DNA from: Myxococcota bacterium | GTDB lineage: Bacteria; Myxococcota_A; UBA9160; UBA4427 | Assembly: GCA_036336835.1 (NCBI GenBank) | Contig: JAYZFK010000074.1 | Span: 1-31,563 of the forward strand | Length of the DNA: 31,563 nucleotides | Reading direction: 5' to 3' | Shown here: in pieces, positions 6,010 through 15,168 of the stretch | How the letters are laid out: every line of letters begins with the position of its first letter | Numbering within the stretch: the first letter of the stretch is position 1 | Notes under the pieces: model-generated | The model's database searches: none | Told to the model about the DNA's origin: nothing | Seen by the model: only the letters and a program-made list of their open reading frames with translations | Made by a program: the position numbers and the translations under genes

Positions 6010-7847
6010 GCGCGGGCCTCGAGCTGCTGCGCGAGCGCCTGGCCGCGCTTCCCGCGGCACTGCGGGATCTGCTCGCGCGGCCGGACCCGCCGGCTCCGTT
6101 CGATCCACTGCGCGCGCGCCGCATCGTCACCACCGGGGTCGGCAGCTCGGCGGCTCACGCGCGCTTCCTGGCGCACGTGCTCGGGGAGACGCTCGGGCTG
6201 CCGGCGCGCTTCTGCTCGACGGGCGCGCTCGCGGCGGGGACGCCGCCCGGTGCGCTGCGCGACGGGCTGATCGTCTTCTCGCAGAGCCTGTCGCCCAACG
6301 CCCGCTTCGCGCTCGAGCGGGCCGGCGACTGGGGCGCACTGGTGCTGGTGACGGCGCCGCCGGCCGCCGGCGAGCCCAGCGACCGCGCCGAGTGGCTCGA
6401 CTCGCTGCGCCGCCGCGGGGCGGGCATCGTCGAGCTGCCGGCGCCCGGCGAGTTTGGCACGCTGGTGCGCGTCGTCGGTCCGATGCTCGGTCTGGCGAGC
6501 GCGCTCGCGCTCGCCCGCAGCCTCGGCCGGCAAGCCGGCGTCCGCAGCCCCGAGCTGGCACCCGATCGCGAGCGTCTGATCGAGCGGGTCGAGGCGGCGC
6601 CGGAGGCGCTCGAGGCGGCGCTCGGCGCCGCACCGCTTGCCGAGCGTCTGTCCGCGGAGCTCGTGCTGCTGGCAACCGACGGCTACGGCGAGCTGGTGCA
6701 GAACCTGCGCACCAAGCTGCTCGAGGGGATGCTGCGTCCGCAACCGGCGCTGTGGGATGGGCTCGAGCTCGCGCACGGTGGGCTGCAGCAGCTGTGGCCC
6801 GAGCGCACGCTGCTGCTGCACCTGGCGCGCGCGGGTCGTCCGGCAGACCGCGCGCTCGCGGTGGCGCTCGAGGCGACCCTCGACCGCGAGCGACACGAGA
6901 TCGTGCGGCTCGAAGCGCAGGATGCGGGACCGGCCGCCGCGTTCGAGCACGAGGCCATGTTCGACGCCCTGCTGCTGCGCTGGCTGGAAGAGACCGGTGC
7001 CGATCCGAGCGTCTGGCCCGCCCAGGGTTGCGACGGCCCGCTCTACGACCGCAGCCCGCCGCTCGATCCGGCTGCGCCGCCCCTGGCGCGCGGGCTCGAG
7101 ACCGCGCGCGTGCTCGAGCAGCTGGCCTGGCCCGAGCTCGACGCGCAGCTCGCCGAGCGAGCCGAGACCGCGATCCTGGCGCTCGGCTCGATCGAGCAGC
7201 ACGGCCCGCACCTGCCGCTGGCAACCGACTGCTGGATCGCCGGCTGGCTCGCCGAGCGCGTGGCCTCGCGGATCGAAGGCGCCTTCCAGCTGCCCGTGCT
7301 CCCGATCGGCTGTGCCAGCGAGCACGCCGCGTTTGCCGGCACCTTGTCGCTCGAGCCCGAGACGCTCGAGCGCGTGCTCTGCGAGCTGCTGGGCTCGCTC
7401 GCCCGGCACGGCTTCGGCCGCGCCTTCGTGTTCAGCGCGCACGGTGGCAATCTCGCCGCCCTGCGCGGGGCGGCCGGCGCGCTCGAGGAGGCGGCCGCTC
7501 CGATGTCGCTCGTCGTGTACGACGACCACCAGCCACTTGCGCGCCGGCTCGCGCGGGTGGGGGAGGGGTTTGGCGCAAGCGTGGCCGAGCAGGGTCAGCA
7601 CGCGGGCGAGATCGAGACCTCGATCCTGCTCGCGCTGGCACCCGGCGCGGTTGCAATGGAGCGCGCTGCAGCGGGTCTGGTCGTCGGGGAAGGCGACGCG
7701 CAGCCGCTCTTCTATCCGAGCCTGCGCGACAACGCGCCGAGCGGTGTCGTCGGAGATCCGCGATCCGCGGACGCGGCGCGAGCGGACGCGTATCTCGAGG
7801 CCTGGGCCTCGGAGCTGGCCGACTTCTATCGCGCCCGCATCGCCTGA
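6006..7847 (+). CDS. Fusion of a double-SIS (GlmS/FrlB-like) sugar-phosphate isomerase and a creatininase-family amidohydrolase
   Basis: N-terminal IVTTGVGSS, VFSQSLS, TKLLE, ELAHG. C-terminal LGSIEQHGPHLPLATD, SEHAAFAGTLSL, SAHGGN, HAGEIETS, SGVVGDP. ATGA overlap with the upstream stop; 613 aa. Confidence 0.85.
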   Translation: MSAGLELLRERLAALPAALRDLLARPDPPAPFDPLRARRIVTTGVGSSAAHARFLAHVLGETLGLPARFCSTGALAAGTPPGALRDGLIVFSQSLSPNARFALERAGDWGALVLVTAPPAAGEPSDRAEWLDSLRRRGAGIVELPAPGEFGTLVRVVGPMLGLASALALARSLGRQAGVRSPELAPDRERLIERVEAAPEALEAALGAAPLAERLSAELVLLATDGYGELVQNLRTKLLEGMLRPQPALWDGLELAHGGLQQLWPERTLLLHLARAGRPADRALAVALEATLDRERHEIVRLEAQDAGPAAAFEHEAMFDALLLRWLEETGADPSVWPAQGCDGPLYDRSPPLDPAAPPLARGLETARVLEQLAWPELDAQLAERAETAILALGSIEQHGPHLPLATDCWIAGWLAERVASRIEGAFQLPVLPIGCASEHAAFAGTLSLEPETLERVLCELLGSLARHGFGRAFVFSAHGGNLAALRGAAGALEEAAAPMSLVVYDDHQPLARRLARVGEGFGASVAEQGQHAGEIETSILLALAPGAVAMERAAAGLVVGEGDAQPLFYPSLRDNAPSGVVGDPRSADAARADAYLEAWASELADFYRARIA

Positions 7848-8521
7848 TAGCGCACGTACACGAAGGGCACCCACAGCGCGTAGTAGAGCTGGTTGGGAAC
7901 CATCCGCAGCGCCCAGCCCTCGTCGATTCCGAGCAGGATCAGCACGTCGCAGCCGGCCCAGAGCGCGTAGTAGACCGCAACGTAGGCGACGCACGAGCGC
8001 AGCATGGCGCGCAGCTCGGGGCGATCCGTCCCGATCTGGCGGGGCAGCCACACCCGCGCCAGCCAGACCGCCATCGCGACGAAGCACAGCTCATAGGTCA
8101 GCCACATCACCTGGCCGTGCAGCTCCGGCACAAGCCACGACGCCGTCCCGTATACGACCGCGGTCGCGAGGGGCACGATCGCACTGAAGCCGAGCGCGCG
8201 CCGCAGCCCGCCGGGCGCGGCGAGACCGAAGAGGAGCACGAACACCCGCAGATCGCCTAGCACGACGAAGCCGAACATGACGAGGCTGCCGGCGATGCCG
8301 TCCGACCAGCCGAGCGCGCGCGAGAGCGGGCCGCCAGCGATCGGATCGAGCAGCGTCTCGATCGTCCAGCCCAGGCTGTACGACGCGATGAAGGCGCTCT
8401 CGCGGTCGCCCCGGCGGGGTGCGCCGACGACGGCGCGGTAGACGAGGAACGCAGACGGAATCAGCAGCAGCGCCCAGAGCGACTGCAGGTCTCCTTGGTA
8501 GATCTCGCGCCAGCTGGACAT
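7826..8521 (-). CDS. Hypothetical integral membrane protein (about 7 TM)
   Basis: 231 aa from MSSWREIYQGD; seven hydrophobic segments; its 3' end overlaps the convergent gene by 22 bp. Confidence 0.75.
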   Translation of the reverse strand: MSSWREIYQGDLQSLWALLLIPSAFLVYRAVVGAPRRGDRESAFIASYSLGWTIETLLDPIAGGPLSRALGWSDGIAGSLVMFGFVVLGDLRVFVLLFGLAAPGGLRRALGFSAIVPLATAVVYGTASWLVPELHGQVMWLTYELCFVAMAVWLARVWLPRQIGTDRPELRAMLRSCVAYVAVYYALWAGCDVLILLGIDEGWALRMVPNQLYYALWVPFVYVRYQAMRAR

Positions 8522-8594
8522 GCGACTCGGTACTCTAACAGCTCGAATTTCCGCCGTTTCAGCGCACAGGGCCGGCCCATCCAAAAGATTGATG

Positions 8595-8622
8595 TTCCGA
8601 CCGGCGCATTCGATCGTAGAAT
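8595..8622 (+). promoter_or_regulatory. Putative sigma70 promoter for the csp gene
   Basis: TTCCGA-N16-TAGAAT, giving a leader of about 90 nt; long leaders are common for cold-shock genes. Confidence 0.35.
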
Positions 8623-8717
8623 ATTCCGGCCCGCTCCAATGACGGACTCTGGCGAGCGTACCCGGATGAAGGACCGGGTTGCTCGTGCTGCGAGCGGGCG
8701 AGTCAAGGAGAAATAGC

Positions 8718-8927
8718 GTGGCAAATGGAACGGTGAAGTGGTTCAGCGACCAGAAGGGATACGGATTCATCGCCCCGCAAGACGGCTCCGGGGATGTCTT
8801 CGTCCACTACTCCGGGATCGAAGGCGACGGCTTTCGGACTCTCCACGAGGGTCAGAACGTCGACTTCGAGACCGGTGACGGCAAAAAGGGACCGGAAGCT
8901 CGCAACGTTCGCGTCGTGGGCGCGTAG
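8718..8927 (+). CDS. csp: Cold-shock protein (CspA family)
   Basis: [15 protein letters not shown] (RNP1), DVFVHYSGI (RNP2), [29 protein letters not shown] before a GTG start. Confidence 0.97.
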   Translation: MANGTVKWFSDQKGYGFIAPQDGSGDVFVHYSGIEGDGFRTLHEGQNVDFETGDGKKGPEARNVRVVGA

Positions 8928-8953
8928 CTTCGGTTTCGGTCCGAACCGCTATC

Positions 8954-8981
8954 TGGGGCCCCGGTGTGAGCCGGGGCCCCA
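8954..8981 (+). terminator. GC-rich hairpin after csp
   Basis: TGGGGCCCCGG-tgtgag-CCGGGGCCCCA, a perfect 11-bp stem with no clear U-tract. Confidence 0.5.
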
Positions 8982-9020
8982 ATCGTTGGCGGGCGCTTCG
9001 CGGCGAGGGAGGCTGGCCTG

Positions 9021-9698
9021 ATGCGCCACATCAACCAGGCCGACGGGCGCTTTCGCGCCAGCACGCACCCGGGGATTGCCGGCCGCGAGCGCGAGCTGCG
9101 AAGCCTGGCCGACGGCGTGCGGCGCTTGAACGCCGCCGTCGTGACGAACGCGGCCGACGCGCAGGAGACCGCCCGGCTCGCGGCCGCGGTCCACGCGCTC
9201 GCCGACACCTTCGAGCCAAGCCTGCCCGACGTGCTGCCAGCGCGTTATGCGGGCGGCGAGCACCCGGACGATCTCGAGCCGCACGACGTGTTCCCATACG
9301 ATCCCGTGCTCGGGATCTACAGCCCGCTGGCACTTCCGGTCGAGGTCGAGTACGCCGAAGGGCGAGCGATCGGCCGCGCGCGCTTCACCACGGCCTACGA
9401 GGGACCGCCCGGCTGCGTCCACGGAGCGGTGATCGCGGGCGTCTTCGATCAGGTCTTCAACGTGGCCAACATCATGGGCGGGACCGCCGGGCCGACGGTC
9501 GTGCTCACGCTGCGCTACCGACGCCCGACGCCCTTGCGCGAGGATCTGCGGTTCGAGGCGTGGGTCGAGGACGTGACCGACGACCGGGTGACCTCGCGCG
9601 GCCGCGCCCTGTTCGGCGACGCCGTCACCGTCGAGGCCGAGGGCGTATTCAAGATGCTCGATCGCGATCGCGTCATGCGAATGGCCGAGCCGCGTTAG
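9021..9698 (+). CDS. PaaI-family hotdog-fold thioesterase
   Basis: PVLGIYSPLALP, FTTAYEGPPGCVHGAVIAGVFD, LTLRYRRPTPL. GGAGG RBS. Confidence 0.88.
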   Translation: MRHINQADGRFRASTHPGIAGRERELRSLADGVRRLNAAVVTNAADAQETARLAAAVHALADTFEPSLPDVLPARYAGGEHPDDLEPHDVFPYDPVLGIYSPLALPVEVEYAEGRAIGRARFTTAYEGPPGCVHGAVIAGVFDQVFNVANIMGGTAGPTVVLTLRYRRPTPLREDLRFEAWVEDVTDDRVTSRGRALFGDAVTVEAEGVFKMLDRDRVMRMAEPR

Positions 9699-9742
9699 CC
9701 GCGTTAAGCGCGTTAGCCGCTAGCGCGTTAGCCGCTAGCGCG
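9689..9742. repeat. Short tandem duplications at a convergent gene junction
   Basis: GCGTTA occurs four times; AGCGCGTTAGCCGCT is exactly duplicated at 9707-9736. Confidence 0.7.
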
Positions 9743-11273
9743 CCGCGTCGTTGCGGTAGATCGCCAGCAGCTGTCCGCCGGAGCGGCGGATCTCGAAATC
9801 CGGCGCGCGCCGGCGCTCGAGCTCGCGCAGCGGCTCGTCCCAGTAGGCGCGGCGCGCCAGCACCACCAGGTAGCGGGGCCGATCGCCGGGCAGCCAGTCT
9901 GCGACCGAGCCGGCGCGCAGCTCGCGGCGAGTCGAGAGGCGCGCGAGCGGTGCGAACAGCGGGACGATCACCTCGGCGTCGCTCTCCGCGTGGGCGTCGA
10001 GCCAGCGAGCGGCCTCGAGATAGCTCTGCCCCCAGTAGTCGAGCTCGAACAGCCGGTCGCTGTCCTCGCCCGCCAGCAGCCGCGCCGGCGCGCCGAGCAC
10101 GGCGTTCGGGTAGGGGTGGAGCAGTGCCAGCGTGAGCGCGCCGATCGCGAACGGCAGGCAGGGCAGGGCGTAGAGCGCGCGCGGCAGCTCCCGCGCCTCC
10201 AGCCAGAGCAGCGCGCGCTCGGCGCCGACGCCGGCGAGCAGCGCGAGCGCCGGCAGCGCCATCAGGAAGTGCCGCACGCCGTCATAGCGCGATGACACCA
10301 GCCCGTCGGCCAGCCACAGCACGGCGAGCCAGCTGGCCGCGAGCCGCGCGGGGTCGCGCACGCCGGGCGCGGCGCGGCGTCCCAGCGTCGCGAGTCCCAG
10401 CCCCGCCAGTGCCAGCCACGAGATCGGCGTGGTCGCCAGCAGCAGGACCGGGCGGTAGTGCCAGGGCACCTGGTGTGCCGGGTAGACCTCTCCGAGGTAG
10501 AGCACGGGGATGGTGAACACCTTGTTGCTCAGTCCCTGGAACGCGCTCAGCGCCTGGTCGAGTGGCGCCGGCCACAGCCAGGGCCAGAACGCGATCGCGA
10601 ACAGCCCTCCCGCTGCGAGCAGTGCCAGCTGGTTGCCCACATCGCGACGAGCCAGCGGCGCCCGTGCCAGGACGAGCCACGTCCAGCCGATCAGCGGTGC
10701 GAAGACCGCGTGCACGCGGGTCGTCAGTGCCAGACCGAGCGCGGCGCCGGCGAGCACCGCGCGGCCCAGGCCCCCGCGCAGCCCGGTTGCCAGCACGCCG
10801 TAGAGCGCCAGCAGGAAGGCGAAGGTGGCCGGCAGATCCTTCGGATTGTTCTGCGAGTGCGCCACGAACTTCGGCAGCGTCGCCAGCGCAACGGCCGCCA
10901 GCAGCGCCGCCCGCCGCGATGCGCCGCAGAGCCGGGCGATCGCAAACAGCAGCCACAGCGTTGCCGACGACAGCAGGAGATGGGCGAGGTGCTGGGCCTG
11001 ATACGCGTCGCGGATGCCGAGGGGTGCCAGGGCGCGGGCCCAGAGCGCCCGCGCGGTGTCGAGCACGAAGTAGAAGCCGGTGAGCTCGTGGAAGCGCCAG
11101 TCGGGCAGCGGCTCGCCCGCGCTCCAGGCGGCGATGATCTCGAGGTTGCGCAGGCCGGCCCGCACGGTCTCGCGCTCGTCGGCGGTCGGGCCGATGTCGC
11201 GGCTCAGCAGCGCCCCGAGTACCAGGAAGGCCACAGCGAGCAGAGCGATCGGTCGTCTTTCGCGCAGGTCCAC
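9735..11273 (-). CDS. ArnT/PMT-like (GT-C fold) membrane glycosyltransferase
   Basis: First TM followed by GPTADE, then PKFVAHSQNNPKDLP, many TMs, RYDGVRHFL, ELDYWGQSY. GTG at 11273 with GGAGA RBS. Confidence 0.8.
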   Translation of the reverse strand: MDLRERRPIALLAVAFLVLGALLSRDIGPTADERETVRAGLRNLEIIAAWSAGEPLPDWRFHELTGFYFVLDTARALWARALAPLGIRDAYQAQHLAHLLLSSATLWLLFAIARLCGASRRAALLAAVALATLPKFVAHSQNNPKDLPATFAFLLALYGVLATGLRGGLGRAVLAGAALGLALTTRVHAVFAPLIGWTWLVLARAPLARRDVGNQLALLAAGGLFAIAFWPWLWPAPLDQALSAFQGLSNKVFTIPVLYLGEVYPAHQVPWHYRPVLLLATTPISWLALAGLGLATLGRRAAPGVRDPARLAASWLAVLWLADGLVSSRYDGVRHFLMALPALALLAGVGAERALLWLEARELPRALYALPCLPFAIGALTLALLHPYPNAVLGAPARLLAGEDSDRLFELDYWGQSYLEAARWLDAHAESDAEVIVPLFAPLARLSTRRELRAGSVADWLPGDRPRYLVVLARRAYWDEPLRELERRRAPDFEIRRSGGQLLAIYRNDAAR

Positions 11274-11465
11274 CGCCGGGGTCTCCCTGCGGCAGAATAA
11301 CCGGCCCAGCCCCCGGGGCTCGCAGTGCGGCGGCGAACCGTGCTCTAATGTGGGCCGCCGCTGGTCTCGCCGCGTCCGAGCGCGCGCGCGAGAGCCGCCG
11401 CGAGCCGCAACCCTCCAACGGGCGGAAGGCCCCCCGCCTCGCCCTCGCGCGACAGGAGCACAGCC

Positions 11466-13022
11466 GTGAGCGACACCCTCGGTTTCTACGCGATTGCCGA
11501 AGACACTCCCGACCGCTGGGCGATCGCCGACCCCGACTACAACGTGATCAGCTACGGCCAGCTGTACGAGCTGGTGAACCGGATCTCGAACGGGCTGCGC
11601 GCCGCCGGCCTCGAGCGCGGCGATCACATCGCGACCACCCTGCCCAACACGATCGAGCAGGTGGCGCTGTGTCTGGCGGCCTTCCAGAGCGGCTACTACA
11701 TCACCACGATCAACTGGCACCTGGTCGGCCCGGAGATCGCGTACATCCTGGGCGACGCCGAGTCGAAGATCTACGTCACGCACGAACGCTTCGCCCACGA
11801 GTCTCAGCGCGCCGCCGGCGAAGCCGGCCTGCCGCCCGCGGCCTGCTTCGCGATCGGCGCCGTGCCGGGCTTCCGATCGTTCGACGAGCTGGTCGACGGG
11901 CAGTCGGGCGATCGCCCCGAGAAGATCTCGGCGGGCTCCTTCATGTTCTATACGAGTGGCACCACCGGTCGCCCCAAGGGCGTGCGGCGCGATCTGCCCG
12001 ACGCGCACCCCGACGATGCCGCCAAGGGCGCGGGCATGCTCTTCCTGCTCTTCGGCATGGGTCCGCACGACGACCACGTGCACATCACGCAGGCTCCGCT
12101 CTATCACACGGCCGTCAACAACTGGACCACCACGTCGCTCCACTGGGGTCACAGCGTCACGCTGATGGACAAGTGGACGCCCGAAGGCGCGCTCGAGCGC
12201 ATCGAGAAGTACAAGGTGACCCAGAGCCACATGGTGCCGACCATGTTCCACCGGCTGCTCGCGATGCCCGAAGAGCGGCGAGCGGACTACGACCTGTCGT
12301 CGCTGCGCTGCATGATCCACGCCGCCGCGCCGTGCCCGATCGAGACCAAGTGGAAGATGCTCGACTGGTGGGGAGACGTGATCTGGGAGTACTACGCCGC
12401 CACTGAGGGCGGCGGCACGGTGGTGAGCCCCCAGGACTGGCGCAAGTACCCGGGGACCGTCGGCAAGGCCTGGCCCAACTCGGAGGTCGTGATCTTCGAT
12501 GACGACGGCGAGCCCGTCCCGACCGGCCAGAGCGGAACCATCTACATGCGGATGGGTGGCAACGAGTTCAAGTACTACAAGGACGAAGCCAAGACGAACA
12601 AGGCGCGCATGAAGGGCTTCTTCACCGTCGGCGACATCGGCCACTTCAACGACGACGACTATCTGTTCCTGAACGACCGTGCGAACGACATGATCATCGT
12701 CGGCGGCGTCAACATCTACCCGCAGGAGATCGAGGGGAGCTTCCACCAGCACCCGAAGATCAAGGACGTCGCCGTCTTCGGCGTACCGAACGAGGACACC
12801 GGCGAGGAGATCAAGGCAGTGATCGAGCTCGAGGAGGGTGTCGAGGCGAGCGACGCCACGCGCCAGGAGATCATGGCCTTCGCCAAGGACCAGATGACCA
12901 AGCAGAAGTGGCCGCGCTCGATCGACTTCACCGACGACATGCCCCGCGATCCGAACGGCAAGCTGTACAAGCGCAAGCTCAAGGATCCGTACTGGGAAGG
13001 TCACGAAGGCCGGATCGTCTGA
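11466..13022 (+). CDS. Acyl-CoA synthetase (AMP-forming)
   Basis: YTSGTTGRPKG, APLYHTA, HAAAPCP, EYYAATEG, GDIG, DRANDMIIVGGVNIYPQEIE, PRDPNGKLYKR. Confidence 0.95.
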   Translation: MSDTLGFYAIAEDTPDRWAIADPDYNVISYGQLYELVNRISNGLRAAGLERGDHIATTLPNTIEQVALCLAAFQSGYYITTINWHLVGPEIAYILGDAESKIYVTHERFAHESQRAAGEAGLPPAACFAIGAVPGFRSFDELVDGQSGDRPEKISAGSFMFYTSGTTGRPKGVRRDLPDAHPDDAAKGAGMLFLLFGMGPHDDHVHITQAPLYHTAVNNWTTTSLHWGHSVTLMDKWTPEGALERIEKYKVTQSHMVPTMFHRLLAMPEERRADYDLSSLRCMIHAAAPCPIETKWKMLDWWGDVIWEYYAATEGGGTVVSPQDWRKYPGTVGKAWPNSEVVIFDDDGEPVPTGQSGTIYMRMGGNEFKYYKDEAKTNKARMKGFFTVGDIGHFNDDDYLFLNDRANDMIIVGGVNIYPQEIEGSFHQHPKIKDVAVFGVPNEDTGEEIKAVIELEEGVEASDATRQEIMAFAKDQMTKQKWPRSIDFTDDMPRDPNGKLYKRKLKDPYWEGHEGRIV

Positions 13023-13036
13023 CCGGCGAGCGACCC

Positions 13037-15145
13037 ATGAGAGCAGTCACTCCACTACGACTGCTGGCAGTCCTCGTGCTCGGGGCGCCAGGGGTCGGCG
13101 CCGATCCGATCTCGCTCTTCGAGCAGCGCGACCTCGACCGCCGGGGCGTCGTGTCGATCGAGCAGTTGCAGTACCAGGTGCCGTCGTGGCTGGCCGGTCG
13201 CGGCCTCGAGTCGCTCGCGCTGCGGGGCGTCGGCGGCGAGGTCGCCGGCCCGGCGGCCGACCCGGGCTTCGCGGTCCAGCTGGACGGGGTCTACCTGGCG
13301 CGCCTCTCGCCGATGCGGGTGGGCTTCTACGACACCGAGCGCATCGAGGTCGCGCGCGGTCCCCAGGGCTCGCTCGCGGCACGCAACACCGCCGGGGTGT
13401 CGAACACCATCCCGAGGCGAGCCGAGTTCGACTCGGCGATGGCGCTCGACGTCGAAGCCGGCAACCGCCGGAGTCTGCGTGCGCGCGGCATGCTCAACCT
13501 GCCGATCGTCGACGACCTGCTCGCGCTGCGCGTCGCGGTGCAGCACGAGCAGCACTCGGGCTTCTATCACCAGCTCGCGGCGGGCGATCACGTCTACGAC
13601 GCGGACGACACCACCGTTCGCGTGTCGCTGCGGCTCGATCCGATCGAGGCGCTGTCGTTCGACGTCCGCTACACGCTGATCGATCGGGCGGGCGGGGGCC
13701 ACGACTCGAAGCTGCAGAGCGATCCGATCGCGAGCGGCTCCGGCGGCGTGCTGGTCGACGATTTCACGGGCGCGCTGCCGACGCCGCCGAGTCCGCGGCT
13801 CGGGCGCGAGGATCGCCGCGGCGAGCTCGAAGACCGCGTCCACCTCGTGAGCCTGCGCGGTCGGCTCGGGCTCGGCGACGCGCTCTCGCTCGAGTCCACG
13901 ACGGCCTACCAGCAGCACGACGCCAATACGGTGCTCGACGCCGACCACACCGAGCTGCCGATCCGTGTCGAGCGCCAGTTCGCCGATCTGTACGCCGTCT
14001 CGCAGGATCTCGCGCTCCGGCTCCGGGGGCCGGGCCGGTTCTCGGGCGTCCTCGGGGCGAACGTCTTCTTCGAGAAGCAGACCGGAACGGGCGTCGATCT
14101 GCAATCGCTGCAGCAGACCGAGGCGATCCAGAGCATGCCGCTGCTGCCGTTTCCGGCGGACTTCGAGGACCGTCTCCGCCTCGAGGCGCACGGGGAGAAC
14201 CTCAGCTGGAGCGTGTTTAGCGACCTGGTGGTGGAGCTCGGCGATGCCTGGAGCGTATACGGCGGCGTTCGCCTGAGTCGCATGGACCGCGAGTTCCGCG
14301 ATCGGTCGGAGCACACCAACCAGATCGCGTCGCCGACCGGGGAGCCGGTGTTCGAGCGCACCACGGGGAGCGACCAGTCGAAGGGCTGGACGGCGCTGAC
14401 CTGGCGCGCCGGAACGCGTTTCGAGCCGAGCGAGGGCACCGCGGTCTACGCCACGGTCTCGACCGGCAACCGGCCGGGCGGCTTCCACTTCCTGCAGCAG
14501 GGGTCGTTCGACGAGGAGCAGATCCTGGCGGTCGAGCTCGGGGCGCGGAGCCGCTCGGACCAGGGGCGCTGGAGCCTCGGCGCCAACGTCTTCTGGTACG
14601 ACTACCAGGACGTCCAGCTGCTCGTCCACTCGGGCGACACGACGACGATCGCCAATGTTCCCAAGGCCGAGGTCGCCGGGGCCGAGATCGACTGGCTGGT
14701 GAGCCCGATCGACGCGGTCCGCTGGAACGGCTCGTTCGGCTATCTGTTCGCCGAGTACGGAGGCGGCGGTCCGATCGCCGTCGACGGCAAGCGCCTGGTC
14801 CGCGCACCGGAGTTCAGCCTGAACACCGGCGTCGAGTACCGCTACACGATCTCGAGTCGGATCGGCAGCATCACGCTGCGCGGCGACTACACGTTCCGCG
14901 ACGAAGTGGACTTCGATCCAGAAAACGATGCGCGCTTTCGCTCGGGACGAACCCACATCGCCGACCTGCGCGCCATCTATCAGAGCGAGTGGAACGCCGT
15001 CGGCCTGCAGGTCGAGGCCTTCGTGATGAACGTCGCCGATCGGGCGGTGGCAACGAACATTCTCCCGGTGAGCGCCGGGCTCCACGAAGTGGCCTTCTAC
15101 AACACCCCGCGTCTGTACGGCGGCCGCCTCACGGCCCACTTCTGA
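13037..15145 (+). CDS. TonB-dependent receptor
   Basis: Signal peptide; plug motifs LRGVG...LDGVYL, RIEVARGPQGSL; barrel YATVSTGNRPGGF; C-terminal PRLYGGRLTAHF ending in Phe. Confidence 0.9.
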   Translation: MRAVTPLRLLAVLVLGAPGVGADPISLFEQRDLDRRGVVSIEQLQYQVPSWLAGRGLESLALRGVGGEVAGPAADPGFAVQLDGVYLARLSPMRVGFYDTERIEVARGPQGSLAARNTAGVSNTIPRRAEFDSAMALDVEAGNRRSLRARGMLNLPIVDDLLALRVAVQHEQHSGFYHQLAAGDHVYDADDTTVRVSLRLDPIEALSFDVRYTLIDRAGGGHDSKLQSDPIASGSGGVLVDDFTGALPTPPSPRLGREDRRGELEDRVHLVSLRGRLGLGDALSLESTTAYQQHDANTVLDADHTELPIRVERQFADLYAVSQDLALRLRGPGRFSGVLGANVFFEKQTGTGVDLQSLQQTEAIQSMPLLPFPADFEDRLRLEAHGENLSWSVFSDLVVELGDAWSVYGGVRLSRMDREFRDRSEHTNQIASPTGEPVFERTTGSDQSKGWTALTWRAGTRFEPSEGTAVYATVSTGNRPGGFHFLQQGSFDEEQILAVELGARSRSDQGRWSLGANVFWYDYQDVQLLVHSGDTTTIANVPKAEVAGAEIDWLVSPIDAVRWNGSFGYLFAEYGGGGPIAVDGKRLVRAPEFSLNTGVEYRYTISSRIGSITLRGDYTFRDEVDFDPENDARFRSGRTHIADLRAIYQSEWNAVGLQVEAFVMNVADRAVATNILPVSAGLHEVAFYNTPRLYGGRLTAHF

Positions 15146-15168
15146 CCGCGCTCGAGCCGTGGCGGATG

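Noticed and set aside
5016..7847. 943-aa version of the SIS/creatininase gene
   Set aside because: The first 330 codons are an off-frame overlap with the GCH II gene; the ATG at 6006 overlapping the upstream TGA is the credible start.
7110..7847. Mycofactocin peptidase MftE call for the creatininase domain
   Set aside because: The motifs are family-wide, and no mftA precursor, mftB or radical SAM mftC is present in the window.
9735..13004. 1089-aa minus-strand ORF read as one protein
   Set aside because: The portion above 11273 is the antisense shadow of the acyl-CoA synthetase; the glycosyltransferase has its own RBS and GTG at 11273.
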